Source: Candidatus Omnitrophota bacterium
GTDB lineage: Bacteria; Omnitrophota; Gorgyraeia; Tantalellales; Tantalellaceae
Direction of reading: 5' to 3'
Assembly (NCBI GenBank): GCA_049643885.1
Contig: JBARQV010000031.1
Location: 20,949 to 84,948, forward strand
Length of the DNA: 64,000 bases
Shown here: positions 18,456 through 28,937 of the stretch, in pieces
Layout: each line of letters begins with the position of its first letter
How positions within the stretch are numbered: position 1 is the stretch's first letter
The notes under the pieces: model-generated
Seen by the model: only the letters and a program-made list of their open reading frames with translations
What the model was told of the DNA's origin: nothing
Databases searched by the model: none
Translations under genes and position numbers: made by a program

Positions 18456-19514
18456 TTATTCGAACAACTTTTTGTATTCGCCGTAACCTTCTTTTTCAAG
18501 GTCTTCTTTGGGGATGAAGCGAAGGGCTGCCGAGTTGATGCAGTAGCGCAAGCCGGTCGGCTGCAGCCCGTCGTTAAATACGTGGCCAAGGTGAGAATCG
18601 CTGAGTTTGCTCCTCACCTCCGTTCTTTTCATGAAAAGACTCCTGTCTTCTTTTTCAACGATCTTTTCAGATGCAAGAGGCTTGGTGAAACACGGCCAGC
18701 CGGTGCCGGATTCGAATTTATCGTGAGAGCTGAACAGGGGTTCCCCGGAAACAATATCCACGTATATTCCCTCTTTTTTGTTGTCCCAGTATTCGTTGTC
18801 GAAAGGCCTTTCCGTGGCGTTCTCCTGGGTTACCTTGTACTGTACGGGAGAGAGCTTTTTTCTAAGTTCTTTTTTGTCCGGTTTGACAAAATCATCCGAC
18901 CATTTTTGTTTCAGGAAATCTTCACGGCCGGAACCCTTTTTATAGATATTATATCGAACAGGGTTCTTTTTGTAATAGTCCTGGTGGTATTCTTCCGCTT
19001 TATAAAATTCACCAGCTTGCAAAATAGGGGTAACTATGGGCTTGTCGAATTTGCCGGACGATTCAAGTTCCTTTTTGGAATCTTCCGCTAGCCTCTTCTG
19101 GTCCTCATTGTGGTAAAAGATGGCGGTTTTGTACTGGGAGCCCCTGTCGGCGAACTGGCCGTCCGTGTCGGTCGGATCGATGTTTTTCCAGTAAATATCC
19201 AGCAATTTTTCGTATTGGACCTTTGAGGGATCGTATACTATTTGAATGGCCTCCACGTGTCCTGTTGCGCCCGATGAGACTTCTTCATAAGTGGGGATCT
19301 CTTTTGTTCCGCCGGTATAGCCGCTCGTTACCTCTATGACCCCGCTCAGGTTTTGAAAAACTGGCTCCATGCACCAGAAACACCCGCCAGCAAATGTCGC
19401 CTTTTCCTGCTTCATTTCTACCTCGCTATGCGATGTTGGCACGATCATGCTTAATATTGTAAGAAAGAGAAAAACAACTTTCATTTTTTGGGGCAGATCC
19501 CCTACTCTTTGCAT
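18456..19514 (-). CDS. msrAB: bifunctional peptide-methionine sulfoxide reductase MsrA/MsrB, secreted
   Basis: GCFWC MsrA active site; RYCINSAAL MsrB motif; N-terminal signal/TM. Confidence 0.9.
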   Translation of the reverse strand: MQRVGDLPQKMKVVFLFLTILSMIVPTSHSEVEMKQEKATFAGGCFWCMEPVFQNLSGVIEVTSGYTGGTKEIPTYEEVSSGATGHVEAIQIVYDPSKVQYEKLLDIYWKNIDPTDTDGQFADRGSQYKTAIFYHNEDQKRLAEDSKKELESSGKFDKPIVTPILQAGEFYKAEEYHQDYYKKNPVRYNIYKKGSGREDFLKQKWSDDFVKPDKKELRKKLSPVQYKVTQENATERPFDNEYWDNKKEGIYVDIVSGEPLFSSHDKFESGTGWPCFTKPLASEKIVEKEDRSLFMKRTEVRSKLSDSHLGHVFNDGLQPTGLRYCINSAALRFIPKEDLEKEGYGEYKKLFE

Positions 19515-20143
19515 GGTTCATTTTCGGAGGAAGGCCTGGCATGTTCCGCGGTCCCTGTGGTATCACAAGCCGGCATTTCAGAGATATTTTTAATTGCTTC
19601 GTGGCCTTCGACGATCTTGGTGTATTTTTCGTGTATAAGTTTTCTGTCGAACTCGTAAGACTCCTCGAGCATCTTATCTTTCTCTTGTTCATCAAAATAA
19701 TCCATAACGGGGATGAAGAAGTGTTTATCTTCCTTTTCGATATGTTCCGGGTAGAATTTTACAAGTGTTTCCATGTTCGAGACGATCTCGTTCAGCGCGG
19801 CCTTATTCCCCCCAACATAACCTTCTTTCGCAGCGATGAGTTTCTTGACATTGTTCCTGCCCATGACATGTTCCTGGATCAATTCTTCCATGACCCGCCT
19901 GTGTTCTCCCGAAAGGGGTTTCTTGTCCAGGCCCCTGAAGAGGATATCCTCTTCCTTGCCGTGGTGGCATCTGTCGGCATAAGTTCTCAGAAAATCCACC
20001 GCGGTATCAATAAAAGAAGCGTCGACCTCGTTGGTGTCTTTTATTTTGACGAGTTCAAGGTCCATCAGTCTTACCATGCGTTCGATAAGCCTGTGTTCGA
20101 TCATCAAAGGGCCTATGGGGAGCATTTTTTCATTTTTATTCAT
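19502..20143 (-). CDS. hemerythrin HHE cation-binding domain protein
   Basis: [15 protein letters not shown]...[12 protein letters not shown]...[10 protein letters not shown] His/Glu ligand pattern; start at MNKNEK with SD AGGAGA (the ORF-track extension to 20299 overlaps the upstream gene). Confidence 0.7.
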   Translation of the reverse strand: MNKNEKMLPIGPLMIEHRLIERMVRLMDLELVKIKDTNEVDASFIDTAVDFLRTYADRCHHGKEEDILFRGLDKKPLSGEHRRVMEELIQEHVMGRNNVKKLIAAKEGYVGGNKAALNEIVSNMETLVKFYPEHIEKEDKHFFIPVMDYFDEQEKDKMLEESYEFDRKLIHEKYTKIVEGHEAIKNISEMPACDTTGTAEHARPSSENEPCKE

Positions 20144-20148
20144 TGTTA

Positions 20149-20754
20149 TTATTCTCCTTGTTTTTGCCCCAGTATTGTTCCGAAAAAGCTGAAAACTTTC
20201 TTTAAAAAACGGAACATTGTCTTCAAGAACCATATCGAGAAGACGATAAATGAAAGGACAAGTATCCCGGCGATGACCGGGTGCTTCATTATAAGCCACA
20301 ACGCGACGATGACCAGGGCGTCTTCAGAAATGCTGGCCACGGTATTAGTGACCGGTTCCGGAGATGTATTGATAGCAACTCGCGCGGTCGCTTTTGTCAG
20401 GTGAGCGTCAAGCGCCACGACGCCGCATAACATAGCCAGGGAGAGCTGGATCCCGGGGGCTTTTCCGGAAAGAGCCATGAATGCGAGCACCAGGCATGCT
20501 GCCGGTCTTATGGCAGTGTGAACGGAGTCCCAGGCTGAATCCACATAGGGTATTTTATCGGCGAAGAACTCGACAAGATATAATATGATGGCTACCCCTA
20601 TGACCAGGGGGTTTGCAAGGACATCAAGGCCGCCGGGTAAGTCTATAAGGCCAAGCCGGCCCGCGATCCCCAAGCCGGCTATGGTGAGATAAAGATTTAT
20701 CCCGGTAGCCCAGGCGCCTCCTAGGAGCATCCCGAGATTGCTTACAACATTCAT
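20149..20754 (-). CDS. membrane protein (DUF4126-like)
   Basis: 201 aa, 5-6 TM helices, GINLYLTIAGLGIAGRLGLIDLP. Confidence 0.45.
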   Translation of the reverse strand: MNVVSNLGMLLGGAWATGINLYLTIAGLGIAGRLGLIDLPGGLDVLANPLVIGVAIILYLVEFFADKIPYVDSAWDSVHTAIRPAACLVLAFMALSGKAPGIQLSLAMLCGVVALDAHLTKATARVAINTSPEPVTNTVASISEDALVIVALWLIMKHPVIAGILVLSFIVFSIWFLKTMFRFLKKVFSFFGTILGQKQGE

Positions 20755-20757
20755 TTT

Positions 20758-22191
20758 TTATTGCGGTTTTTTCGGCAACTCTTCGGCGAATTTCCTGAGC
20801 CAGTCGTTGTCGGCGCCAGTCCCCATGTATAGGGTCCTGTGCGGGAACGGGATCTCGATATCGAGTTCGTCGAAACGGTTCTTCAGTCGTCTTCTGAATT
20901 CCCTTGAGACCTCCCATTGTTTTATCGGGAGCGTTTTTATCCGGAATTTTATGGTGACCTGGGAATCGGCGAAATCGTCTACGCCTAGCATCTCAAGGTC
21001 CCCGATGATCAGTTTCCCGAAATAGGGGTCCTGCCTCATCTCTTTGCCGATCTCTTTTATGACATCCATCACCCTGTCGACATTTTCCTTATAAGCGACG
21101 CCTATATTCAGAAGGGCCTGCGCGTATTCCCTGGTGAAATTGACGACGGTTTTGACCTCTCCGTTGGGTATTATTATCACCCTGCCCGCAAGGTCCCGTA
21201 GAGTAGTAATTCGGAGGTTTATGTCTTCTACTAAGCCGCCGTATTCGCCGATCTTTACCACGTCTTTTATCCTGTACTGTCCTTCTAGTAATATGAACAG
21301 GCCGTTGATGAGGTCCCGTATAAGATACTGGCCGCCGAAACCGAAAGCTATGCCTACGATGCCGGCGCCGGCAAGAAGCGGGGCCAGGTTCATGCCGAAA
21401 TTATCGAGGACTATGTAAATGACCGTGCCGGTGATCACGAATCCGCCGAGCCAGTTGATAAGCCTGTTAAAGGTTTTTACTCTTAACGTAAACTCGTCTT
21501 CCCGCAATACTTCTTTTTTGCTTATTGCTCTTTCAACTTGTTTGAGAACCAGCTTTAGCAGTAAAAATAAGATTACGCCTATTATTATCGCGATGCCTGA
21601 GAGGATTATTTTTTCTCTAAGGGTCAATCTGGCGGATTTTTGCGCTTTTAAGTCGATCAGCGCCTTTTTGAGCTCATCTATCTTGGCCTTGTTGGTTTCG
21701 GTTGCCTGCAGGATCAGCTGTTCTTTCTTTTCGACCTCTTCTGTTTCTTTCTTTTCGACCACGACTTCTTTTTCAAGTTTTTTTACTTCTTCCTCGAGTT
21801 TCTTGACTTCTTTTTGGGCGCCCGCTTCTTTTGTCGCTTCGGCTTTCTTTTTCGCGGCCTCCAGCTCAGCCTGCGCCACTATAAGCTGAGTTTCTTTCAG
21901 CCTGTCCTCTTTTGCTTCGGTCTCTTTCTTCTCTTTGACCTTTTCAAGTGTCTCTTCAGCGGCTTTGACCTCTTCCGCTTTTTCTTGTATTGCAGTCTTG
22001 GTTTGTTTTTCCTGTTTTTTCAGTTCCTCAATTTCTTCTTTTCTCTGTTCCTTGAGGATCGCATTTGCTTCTGTAGTTTTCTCTCCTGAGGTCTTTCCTT
22101 CCTGGGAAAAAGCCCCGCAGGAGAAAAAGCAAGCTAAGATCACAAAAAACGATAAAAATAAAACTTTTTTTCCTGCAAATCTTAAGTTCAT
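20758..22191 (-). CDS. mechanosensitive ion channel, MscS family, with long N-terminal coiled-coil
   Basis: MscS core GEYGGLVEDINLRITTLRDLAGRVIIIPNGEV; K/E-rich coiled-coil N-terminal half; SD AGGAGA. Confidence 0.85.
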   Translation of the reverse strand: MNLRFAGKKVLFLSFFVILACFFSCGAFSQEGKTSGEKTTEANAILKEQRKEEIEELKKQEKQTKTAIQEKAEEVKAAEETLEKVKEKKETEAKEDRLKETQLIVAQAELEAAKKKAEATKEAGAQKEVKKLEEEVKKLEKEVVVEKKETEEVEKKEQLILQATETNKAKIDELKKALIDLKAQKSARLTLREKIILSGIAIIIGVILFLLLKLVLKQVERAISKKEVLREDEFTLRVKTFNRLINWLGGFVITGTVIYIVLDNFGMNLAPLLAGAGIVGIAFGFGGQYLIRDLINGLFILLEGQYRIKDVVKIGEYGGLVEDINLRITTLRDLAGRVIIIPNGEVKTVVNFTREYAQALLNIGVAYKENVDRVMDVIKEIGKEMRQDPYFGKLIIGDLEMLGVDDFADSQVTIKFRIKTLPIKQWEVSREFRRRLKNRFDELDIEIPFPHRTLYMGTGADNDWLRKFAEELPKKPQ

Positions 22192-22204
22192 GATATGTTT
22201 CTCC

Positions 22205-23530
22205 TATGTTAAAAGTCAATCTTTCTACTCAAAAGACTTTATTTCATTAGCCGTTACTCGCGACTAATTTGTAATTAGTAAAATCCTCGAACACCCAGTC
22301 ATTCTTCAGTGTTCTATAAATTATCGTTAATAGCTTCCTCGAGGTTGCTATTATTGCTTTGCCGCTTCCTTTTTTAGCCTTCAATCTGTCATAAAAGCTT
22401 CTCAAGTACGGATTATACCTTATTGCTATAAGTGTTGATTGTACCAAGGCCGTTCTTGCGGTCTTGTTTCCCATCTTTGTGATACGGCCATAGTGACTCG
22501 TCTCATTCGATACGCTCACCCTTGGCACAATTCCAAAATATGCGGCCAGCTTCTTATCATCCGCAAAATCCTCTACATTCCCTATAGTGCTGAGAAGAAT
22601 AGTTGCGTTAGTATCGCCTATACCTTTTATTGAGGTAAGATTCTCATGTCCCTTAAGTTTCCTGCCTCTAGAGTTCAGTTCTTTGCTTATTTCATCTATA
22701 GACTTATTGAGACTTTTTATCTGGCGAACAACTATCTCTAACTCAAATATATATTCTCCGTCCAAGTCCATCTGGCATACTTTATCCAGAGCTTTCTCAG
22801 AACTGAACACCTCTTTTTTTGTTACTATACCATTGGCGTTAAGTATGTTGTGAACCTTATTCTTCATGGCCGTTCTAAGCTTAACGAACTTGTCTCTTGT
22901 TCCTATTAAACTCGCTATCCTCGCCTGTTCTTTACTTCTCATCCGCACCTCTGGTATCAAACCTTTACTTAAGTATCTTGCTATCGTTATCGCATCATGT
23001 TCATCCGTCTTTTTTACTGAATGCGATATTATCTTAAATTGCGTCGGATTTATTATCGCTACTTTCTTTACCGTTGGTTTTATCTCCCTCGCAAAATATC
23101 CGGTATTCCCTGTTGATTCTACCGCTACCGCATCTGTTTTCTTTAGACTGTCCTTGAAACTTGTAATGCCTTCCGGGCTTACCCTAAACTCTCTTAGATC
23201 GTGTTTGCCCTTCGTCATATAACAAACTGTAAAACAGTTCTTGTGAAGGTCCACTCCGATTGATCTAGCCATCTCTACCCCCTTTTCTTTAGGTTGTAGC
23301 CTTCGGAGTAGAACTATTGTCGGTGAACACCATCCTCCTATCCAGGCTCTCATTCGGCCTATGGTGACTATTCGGTCAGAGGTTTGATTAATCTCCTTTA
23401 CGAGGTCAATTAAGCCCCAGAAAAACAATACAACCAATGACCTATCTACTCCGGACCACTTTATTACATCTTACAATAATCCAGAGCTTTTCACCGCTCT
23501 ATCTGACTTTTATCGTATCATCTCCTTTTT
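22205..23530. mobile_element. IS110-family insertion sequence, boundaries approximate
   Basis: Transposase gene sits between the MscS RBS (22197-22203) and the upstream gene stop (23532); IS110 elements lack terminal IRs, so the ends were not resolved. Confidence 0.5.
22247..23272 (-). CDS. IS110 family transposase
   Basis: MARSIGVDLHKNCFTVC N-terminal DEDD domain; C-terminal LTSIKGIGDTNATILLSTIG...YFGIVP...SG; SD AAGGGGG; the ORF stays open upstream to 23437 (read-through extension). Confidence 0.85.
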   Translation of the reverse strand: MARSIGVDLHKNCFTVCYMTKGKHDLREFRVSPEGITSFKDSLKKTDAVAVESTGNTGYFAREIKPTVKKVAIINPTQFKIISHSVKKTDEHDAITIARYLSKGLIPEVRMRSKEQARIASLIGTRDKFVKLRTAMKNKVHNILNANGIVTKKEVFSSEKALDKVCQMDLDGEYIFELEIVVRQIKSLNKSIDEISKELNSRGRKLKGHENLTSIKGIGDTNATILLSTIGNVEDFADDKKLAAYFGIVPRVSVSNETSHYGRITKMGNKTARTALVQSTLIAIRYNPYLRSFYDRLKAKKGSGKAIIATSRKLLTIIYRTLKNDWVFEDFTNYKLVASNG

Positions 23531-23531
23531 T

Positions 23532-24554
23532 TTAGTTTTGCCTTAACAGGTCAGGCGCGAAGCCAAGGCCCCGTATAGCGAAAGGACCTTTTTTCCTGAG
23601 CAAGATGGTATAGTTTCTTTTGCTCTTTATCCGCTTGCCTGCTTTCAATTGTTTGGCGGCGTGGACCATTGAGTAAGCGGTGAGCTTGACGATGTGGTCC
23701 GGGACGCCGTCTTTGCTTTCGGACTTTGCTTCCATGTCACACTGGTCGTTCACATAATCGATGGCCACGAAACGGGGTTTGCCTGGCTTTTTATCGATGG
23801 CTATCTCGGTCGAGAACCAGACCATCTTGGACATATTTGCGATTTTTGTGGCGATCTTCACAAGCGGCGTAAGCCTGTATCTTCTGAACTCTTCGTTGGT
23901 CACGTGTTCGTACCACGACGTCCTGTCGTCCCACCAGCAAGGGATTATTGTATCAAATACGTGGAATACGCGGAACCAGGCCCGTTTTTTACTTAGTTCT
24001 ATCGGAAATATCTTTTCCTGGAGCAGGAAGTTGTCACCGCGGTCGAAATTACGCGCTTCGGCGATCTGGCGTATCGTGCCGGTCGCATTATATGCCACGC
24101 CGCGGTGTCCCCAGCCGCATCCGGGCTTGATGATGAACGGGATGCCGAGCTTCTCTCTTTCTATGGGGTTCAATTTGTAGGTAGAGGGTTCCCAGTTTCG
24201 GATCACTACCGTGTAAGGGGTGTCGATCTCGGAGTCCATAAGTTCATAGTACATCACGGCTTTGTCCACCGCAATGCGTGCTCTGTCAGGGTCGTTGATG
24301 ACCACGCCGCCGCCGTCTTTTACGGCGTAACAAAGCCGGGCATAAAGATTGCCCGGTATGTCGTAAGTGGCCTCGGTGTCAAGAAGCAGGTTTATGCTGA
24401 TCTCATGCGCTTCCAGTTTCTTTACTATATCCCTTACTTTGTTCTCGGTGATCCGAAGAAACGAGAGGTCTTTTTCCCTGCAATCAGAGACTAGGGTGTC
24501 CGTGAAAATACATTTATTTTTGTCCCAGCTTAACGCGAAATCATAACTTTTCAA
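23532..24554 (-). CDS. ATP-grasp-like domain protein, hypothetical
   Basis: GIPFIIKPGCGWGHRGV resembles ATP-grasp; otherwise unassigned. Confidence 0.35.
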   Translation of the reverse strand: MKSYDFALSWDKNKCIFTDTLVSDCREKDLSFLRITENKVRDIVKKLEAHEISINLLLDTEATYDIPGNLYARLCYAVKDGGGVVINDPDRARIAVDKAVMYYELMDSEIDTPYTVVIRNWEPSTYKLNPIEREKLGIPFIIKPGCGWGHRGVAYNATGTIRQIAEARNFDRGDNFLLQEKIFPIELSKKRAWFRVFHVFDTIIPCWWDDRTSWYEHVTNEEFRRYRLTPLVKIATKIANMSKMVWFSTEIAIDKKPGKPRFVAIDYVNDQCDMEAKSESKDGVPDHIVKLTAYSMVHAAKQLKAGKRIKSKRNYTILLRKKGPFAIRGLGFAPDLLRQN

Positions 24555-24633
24555 TTTTACGTCTCCTGTTTGCCCCCGAACATGTCCCTATTCTACACAA
24601 ATAAGGCTATTTCTGCAAATAAGTTATGCGTGG

Positions 24634-24819
24634 TTATACGGTCGCGGGGACGAGGAGCGTGTAGGCTATTTTTCTCAGGAATGCCGGGAATTCTTCAAGC
24701 TTTTCTTCTAAGGGTTTGCCGTGGGTCTTGTAAGAGATGTGCTGGGAATACGAGCAGCACGGGCAGTGAATGTATTTCTTGCATGCGGGGCTTGAGTTTT
24801 TTGCTATTTTTTTGATCAT
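24634..24819 (-). CDS. small Cys-rich hypothetical protein (61 aa)
   Basis: CPCC and SPAC motifs; SD AGGGGG upstream. Confidence 0.25.
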   Translation of the reverse strand: MIKKIAKNSSPACKKYIHCPCCSYSQHISYKTHGKPLEEKLEEFPAFLRKIAYTLLVPATV

Positions 24820-24894
24820 TTCCCCCTAAAAATAAAAAAAGCAACTGCATAATACAATTGCCAAGCTTAAAATGTATTAAGGATCTGAAAAAAT

Positions 24895-24922
24895 AAAGCC
24901 CGGCATTATAATGCCGGGCTTT
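24895..24922 (-). terminator. intrinsic terminator downstream of cspA (bidirectional-type)
   Basis: A-run + aaagcccggcatt-ataa-tgccgggcttt + T-run on the minus strand. Confidence 0.75.
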
Positions 24923-24931
24923 ATCCGCGTG

Positions 24932-25129
24932 TTACAGTTTTACTACGTTCACGGCTTGCGGACCTTTGGGGCCCTGCTCGACGTCGAACTCGACTTGCTG
25001 GCCCTCTTCCAAGGACTTGTAGCCTTCTCCCTGGATCGCGCTGTGATGTACGAATACATCTTCGCCGGACTCAGGGGTAATAAACCCATAACCTTTTTGA
25101 TTATTGAACCACTTTACTGTTCCCTTCAC
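24932..25129 (-). CDS. cspA: cold-shock protein CspA family
   Basis: [17 protein letters not shown]...[11 protein letters not shown] motifs; about 110 nt 5' UTR. Confidence 0.95.
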   Translation of the reverse strand: MKGTVKWFNNQKGYGFITPESGEDVFVHHSAIQGEGYKSLEEGQQVEFDVEQGPKGPQAVNVVKL

Positions 25130-25231
25130 GACTACTTACTACCTCCGTTTTAAAGTTTAACTTCTATAACATAATAGTATATATAACCTTACATGAAAGT
25201 CAATAAAATAGTTAATTTTTTTGATGTGCAG

Positions 25232-25372
25232 GATAATAAGCTCATTTTATCCTTTTAAGCATTTTGGCTGCTTTTTTCTTTATCTCTTCCTGCCGTTCGG
25301 TGCGGACCGGGCGCTTAAGTGCTACTTTCAGCTCACGGACCGTGCCTTCCTTCATCTTAAGTTTTTTATAAA
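25232..25372 (-). CDS. small basic hypothetical protein (46 aa), tentative
   Basis: MAVVYKKLKMKEGTVRELKVALKRPVRTERQEEIKKKAAKMLKRIK; weak SD. Confidence 0.2.
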
Positions 25373-25397
25373 CGACTGCCATTTCATAACGGCCTTT

Positions 25398-25805
25398 TTA
25401 TGAAGATTTTACCCAGTGGGCTATCAATTCAGCGGCGCTTATTATAAACAGGATGGCTGCCAGGCCCCAGAGGATGATCTCGCCCTTTAACGGTATGGCG
25501 AGATTCCCGAAAACAAGCCAGAAAGCCAGCGCTAAAGCTCCGCACAGATTGATGGCAATTGCCCCGGCCAGGCCGAGCCCGTAAGGCCCTTGCGCTCCAC
25601 CGAAATATTCAATAAGCAGCGCTACGCCTATGCCAAAAAGCACCGCCCCGAGTACACTCGGATAGAACACGTGTTCGACCGGGGGCGCGCCGACCATTTG
25701 GAGCAGTTTCTGGGGAAAAGCGATAAGGAGCAACCCCAGCACCAGGTCGAAAATAGCGTCGATTACCAGTAATTCTTTATCCATTTTCACTCCTTTTGAC
25801 GTCAT
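25398..25805 (-). CDS. membrane protein, hypothetical
   Basis: 135 aa, 4 TM helices. Confidence 0.45.
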   Translation of the reverse strand: MTSKGVKMDKELLVIDAIFDLVLGLLLIAFPQKLLQMVGAPPVEHVFYPSVLGAVLFGIGVALLIEYFGGAQGPYGLGLAGAIAINLCGALALAFWLVFGNLAIPLKGEIILWGLAAILFIISAAELIAHWVKSS

Positions 25806-26878
25806 GAAGTTATTTCGATCAACTCGTATTCCGTACTCCCTATACCGATCTCTACGGCATGCTTAAGTTGTTTCATGCCGTCTCTCTCGGGATGGACTTC
25901 CCGGAATATATCTTTTCCCGCGGCTTCTATAGTCAGGTCCAAACATGCCTTATCGAGAGCTACGGGGTCAACTGAAGCCAGTATACCGATGTCGGGTGCG
26001 ATGCGCGGATCGTCCTGGGCCAGGCAATCGCATTCTTTGGTTATTTTTATCGCAAAATTTATATGGATGCTTTCTCCTTTACGGTTGTCAAGAACGGCTT
26101 TTGCGTATTCGGTCATTTTCTCCTGGATAGTATCGCCGCCCGCTTCCCACATTACGCCCATCGCTCCCGTGGGGCACGCGGCTATGCAGCTGGCGCAGCC
26201 TATGCATTTTTCGGCGTCGATCCGTGCTTTTTCTTTGATGATAACGATAGCGTCTGCAGGGCACACTTTTACGCATTCACCGCAGCCGATACAGGTATCC
26301 ACAAATACGGTAGGAGTCATGTCCGTATGCTGTTCCAGCTTGCCCTCGCGCGTGGCGCATCCCATGCCTATGTTCTTCAGGACGCCCCCGAACCCCGTCA
26401 TCATGTGGCCTTTAAAATGGGCGACGCTTATCAGAACGTCCGCGTCGGTAAATAACCGCACGACCTTGGCCGTTTTGACGAATTTCTGGTTTATGGCGAA
26501 CCTGGCAGCGTTGTCTTCTTTCTTGTCATCCGGTATGAATACTTCCGCTCCGGCTTTCCGGGGTGTGAATCCGTGTTTGCGCGCGAGCTTGAGATGGTCG
26601 GAGCAGTTCATCCTTTTGCCCTTGTAAAGGGTGTTGGTGTCGGAAAGCGCCACTTCAACTCCCGCTTCGGCCAGTTTTTCGGAAAGGACCTTAACGCAAT
26701 CGGGTTTTACAAACCCGGTGTTACCTTCTTCCCCGAAATGGATCTTGATCACGGCCTTATCTCCGTTCGAGATCCCATCCAGGATCCCGCTCTTATCCAG
26801 GAGTTTCGAGAATTTGTTTTTTATAGAGGCGGGCTTGTCCTTATCAGCGGTCTTTATGAAATATACTTTGCTTTTCAT
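25802..26878 (-). CDS. DUF362 domain protein with 2x[4Fe-4S] ferredoxin
   Basis: CIGCGECVKVCPADAI and CIGCASCIAACPTGAM. Confidence 0.7.
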   Translation of the reverse strand: MKSKVYFIKTADKDKPASIKNKFSKLLDKSGILDGISNGDKAVIKIHFGEEGNTGFVKPDCVKVLSEKLAEAGVEVALSDTNTLYKGKRMNCSDHLKLARKHGFTPRKAGAEVFIPDDKKEDNAARFAINQKFVKTAKVVRLFTDADVLISVAHFKGHMMTGFGGVLKNIGMGCATREGKLEQHTDMTPTVFVDTCIGCGECVKVCPADAIVIIKEKARIDAEKCIGCASCIAACPTGAMGVMWEAGGDTIQEKMTEYAKAVLDNRKGESIHINFAIKITKECDCLAQDDPRIAPDIGILASVDPVALDKACLDLTIEAAGKDIFREVHPERDGMKQLKHAVEIGIGSTEYELIEITS

Positions 26879-26896
26879 GTCGGTTTTATGACAAGC

Positions 26897-28429
26897 TTAA
26901 ACTATAAAAAGGCTTCTTGTCGCGAAATTCGGTTCACTGGTGAGATTCACTCCAAGTTTGCGTAAACCTGCTTCATCGCCCGGCGTGGGCATGTGGGTAA
27001 GATGGACGTCACAGCCGCGCAGCGCTTTTAGTTTTTCCATGGCCATCTGGGCGGTTGGGCTTGTTGCCGCGCTTATGCTGAGAGCTATCAGTGTTTCTTC
27101 AAGGTCAAGGCTTATGGTCTTACTTCTCGCTATCCCTTCCTTGAGTTTTCCGATGGATCCTATTATGGCCGGCGATAATAGATGTATTTTATCGGGTATC
27201 TCAGCGATAGTTTTCACGGCGTTCAGGACGAGGCTTGAAGAAGCATGCATTATTGGTGAATTTTTCCCTGTTACGATAGACCCGTCAGGCAGCTGTATGG
27301 CCGCGCCGCAGAATATGCCCCCGTGCCCTTCTCCTTCTTCCTGCGCTTCGATCATGGCCTGTCTGGCCGGCTTGACTACCAGCCTGTCCTCGGGCTTCAT
27401 GCCGATCTCTTCGACGATGAGCTTCGCCCGGTCGACCGTTTCTTTGTCCATAAATCCCATCGCGTATTCACACGAGTATCTGAAATACCTTCTTATGATC
27501 TCCTGTTTGGCGGCTTCCTGGACCGCCTCGTCGTCAACTATGCCAAAACCGGCGCGGTTGACGCCCATATCGGTTGGAGATTTATAGACCGTATCGTCTC
27601 CCATTATTTTCTCGAGTATCCTCCTGAGGAGCGGGAACGCTTCCACGTCACGGTTGTAATTGATAGCGGTCTCGCCATAAGCTTCCAGGTGAAAAGGATC
27701 GATCATGTTGAAGTCCCTCAGGTCGGCGGTAGCCGCTTCGTACGCAATATTTACGGGATGCTTTAGCGGTATGTTCCATATGGGGAAGGTCTCGAACTTG
27801 GCGTATCCCGCGTTGACCCCTCTTTTATGCTCGTGGTAAACCTGGGAAAGGCTGGTTGCAAGTTTCCCGCTGCCGGGGCCGGGACCGGTCACGACGACGA
27901 GGGGTTTTGTGGTCTCGATGTATTCATTGGCTCCATATCCTTCATCGCTTACTATAAGATCGACGTCGGTCGGATAGCCTTTCGTGTAGCAATGGGTGCA
28001 GACCTTTATGCCGCGGCGTTCAAGTTTGTTCTTGAAGATTTTAGCTGAAGGCTGGCCCTCAAAACGAGTGACCACGACTCCCGCTATGTGCAGCCCTCTG
28101 TCTCTCAGCTCATCGATCATCCGGAGCGCGTCGAAATCGTAGGTAATGCCGAAATCTGCTCTCATCTTTTTTCTTTCAATATCACCCGCATAAATACACA
28201 GTATTATCTCCGCCTTGTCCGCCAGCCTCTCGAGAAGCTGCATCTTGACGTCGGGAGCAAACCCAGGCAGGACCCTGGAGGCGTGATAGTCATAAACGAT
28301 CTTGCCCCCGAATTCGAGATACAACTTGTCGTTATACTGTTTTACCCTATCAAGTATGGCCTGAGTCTGCTCCTTGAGATATTTTTCGTTATTAAAACCG
28401 GTTTTTTTCGTCATTGCTTGCGACATCAT
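26897..28429 (-). CDS. DUF1846 (UPF0371) family protein
   Basis: [22 protein letters not shown]...[15 protein letters not shown] signature of UPF0371. Confidence 0.65.
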   Translation of the reverse strand: MMSQAMTKKTGFNNEKYLKEQTQAILDRVKQYNDKLYLEFGGKIVYDYHASRVLPGFAPDVKMQLLERLADKAEIILCIYAGDIERKKMRADFGITYDFDALRMIDELRDRGLHIAGVVVTRFEGQPSAKIFKNKLERRGIKVCTHCYTKGYPTDVDLIVSDEGYGANEYIETTKPLVVVTGPGPGSGKLATSLSQVYHEHKRGVNAGYAKFETFPIWNIPLKHPVNIAYEAATADLRDFNMIDPFHLEAYGETAINYNRDVEAFPLLRRILEKIMGDDTVYKSPTDMGVNRAGFGIVDDEAVQEAAKQEIIRRYFRYSCEYAMGFMDKETVDRAKLIVEEIGMKPEDRLVVKPARQAMIEAQEEGEGHGGIFCGAAIQLPDGSIVTGKNSPIMHASSSLVLNAVKTIAEIPDKIHLLSPAIIGSIGKLKEGIARSKTISLDLEETLIALSISAATSPTAQMAMEKLKALRGCDVHLTHMPTPGDEAGLRKLGVNLTSEPNFATRSLFIV

Positions 28430-28435
28430 GTATTA

Positions 28436-28897
28436 TTACCACCTTCTGCCTTTTTTGGCGCCTGTTGTTCCAGCAGCTTTTTTAGCGCCTTTCTCATCTC
28501 TTTTTGCTTCTCTTTTGGTTTTTCGCTCCGCTTTCTTTGCGCCTATCTTCGCTTTTTTCTGTTCCTTCATCGTCTTCTTGAGCTGTTTCACCTGTGCGCT
28601 TATGGCTTCTTGCTGCTGCGTGTACTGAAGCTGTAATTGTTTTTTCTGCGCCCTTTTCTGTTCGAGCAGTTTTTTCTTGCCCGCGGTGTCTTTCGGGTCG
28701 AGCTTTTTAAACTGTTCCATGTATGACTTATCCGCCGACTGCATCTGCTCTTTATAGGCGTCCCTGGACTGTTTCATCTGCTGGTCGAGCTGGCCCAGCT
28801 GGGCGTCGTATTGCTCGCGGGTCATTTCCGCGGCATAAGAAAGCCCGCAAGAAAGGACGAAAAATACGGCAAAAATCGCAGTTACCTTCTTGAACAT
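28436..28897 (-). CDS. secreted K/Q-rich coiled-coil protein, hypothetical
   Basis: Signal peptide; KKQLQLQYTQQQE repeats. Confidence 0.45.
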   Translation of the reverse strand: MFKKVTAIFAVFFVLSCGLSYAAEMTREQYDAQLGQLDQQMKQSRDAYKEQMQSADKSYMEQFKKLDPKDTAGKKKLLEQKRAQKKQLQLQYTQQQEAISAQVKQLKKTMKEQKKAKIGAKKAERKTKREAKRDEKGAKKAAGTTGAKKGRRW

Positions 28898-28937
28898 GTT
28901 TACTCCTTTCGGTTGTTTTAAAAGTTAAAACTGTTCC

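Noticed and set aside
19541-20404. 287 aa plus-strand ORF
   Set aside because: Antisense to the hemerythrin and membrane-protein genes.
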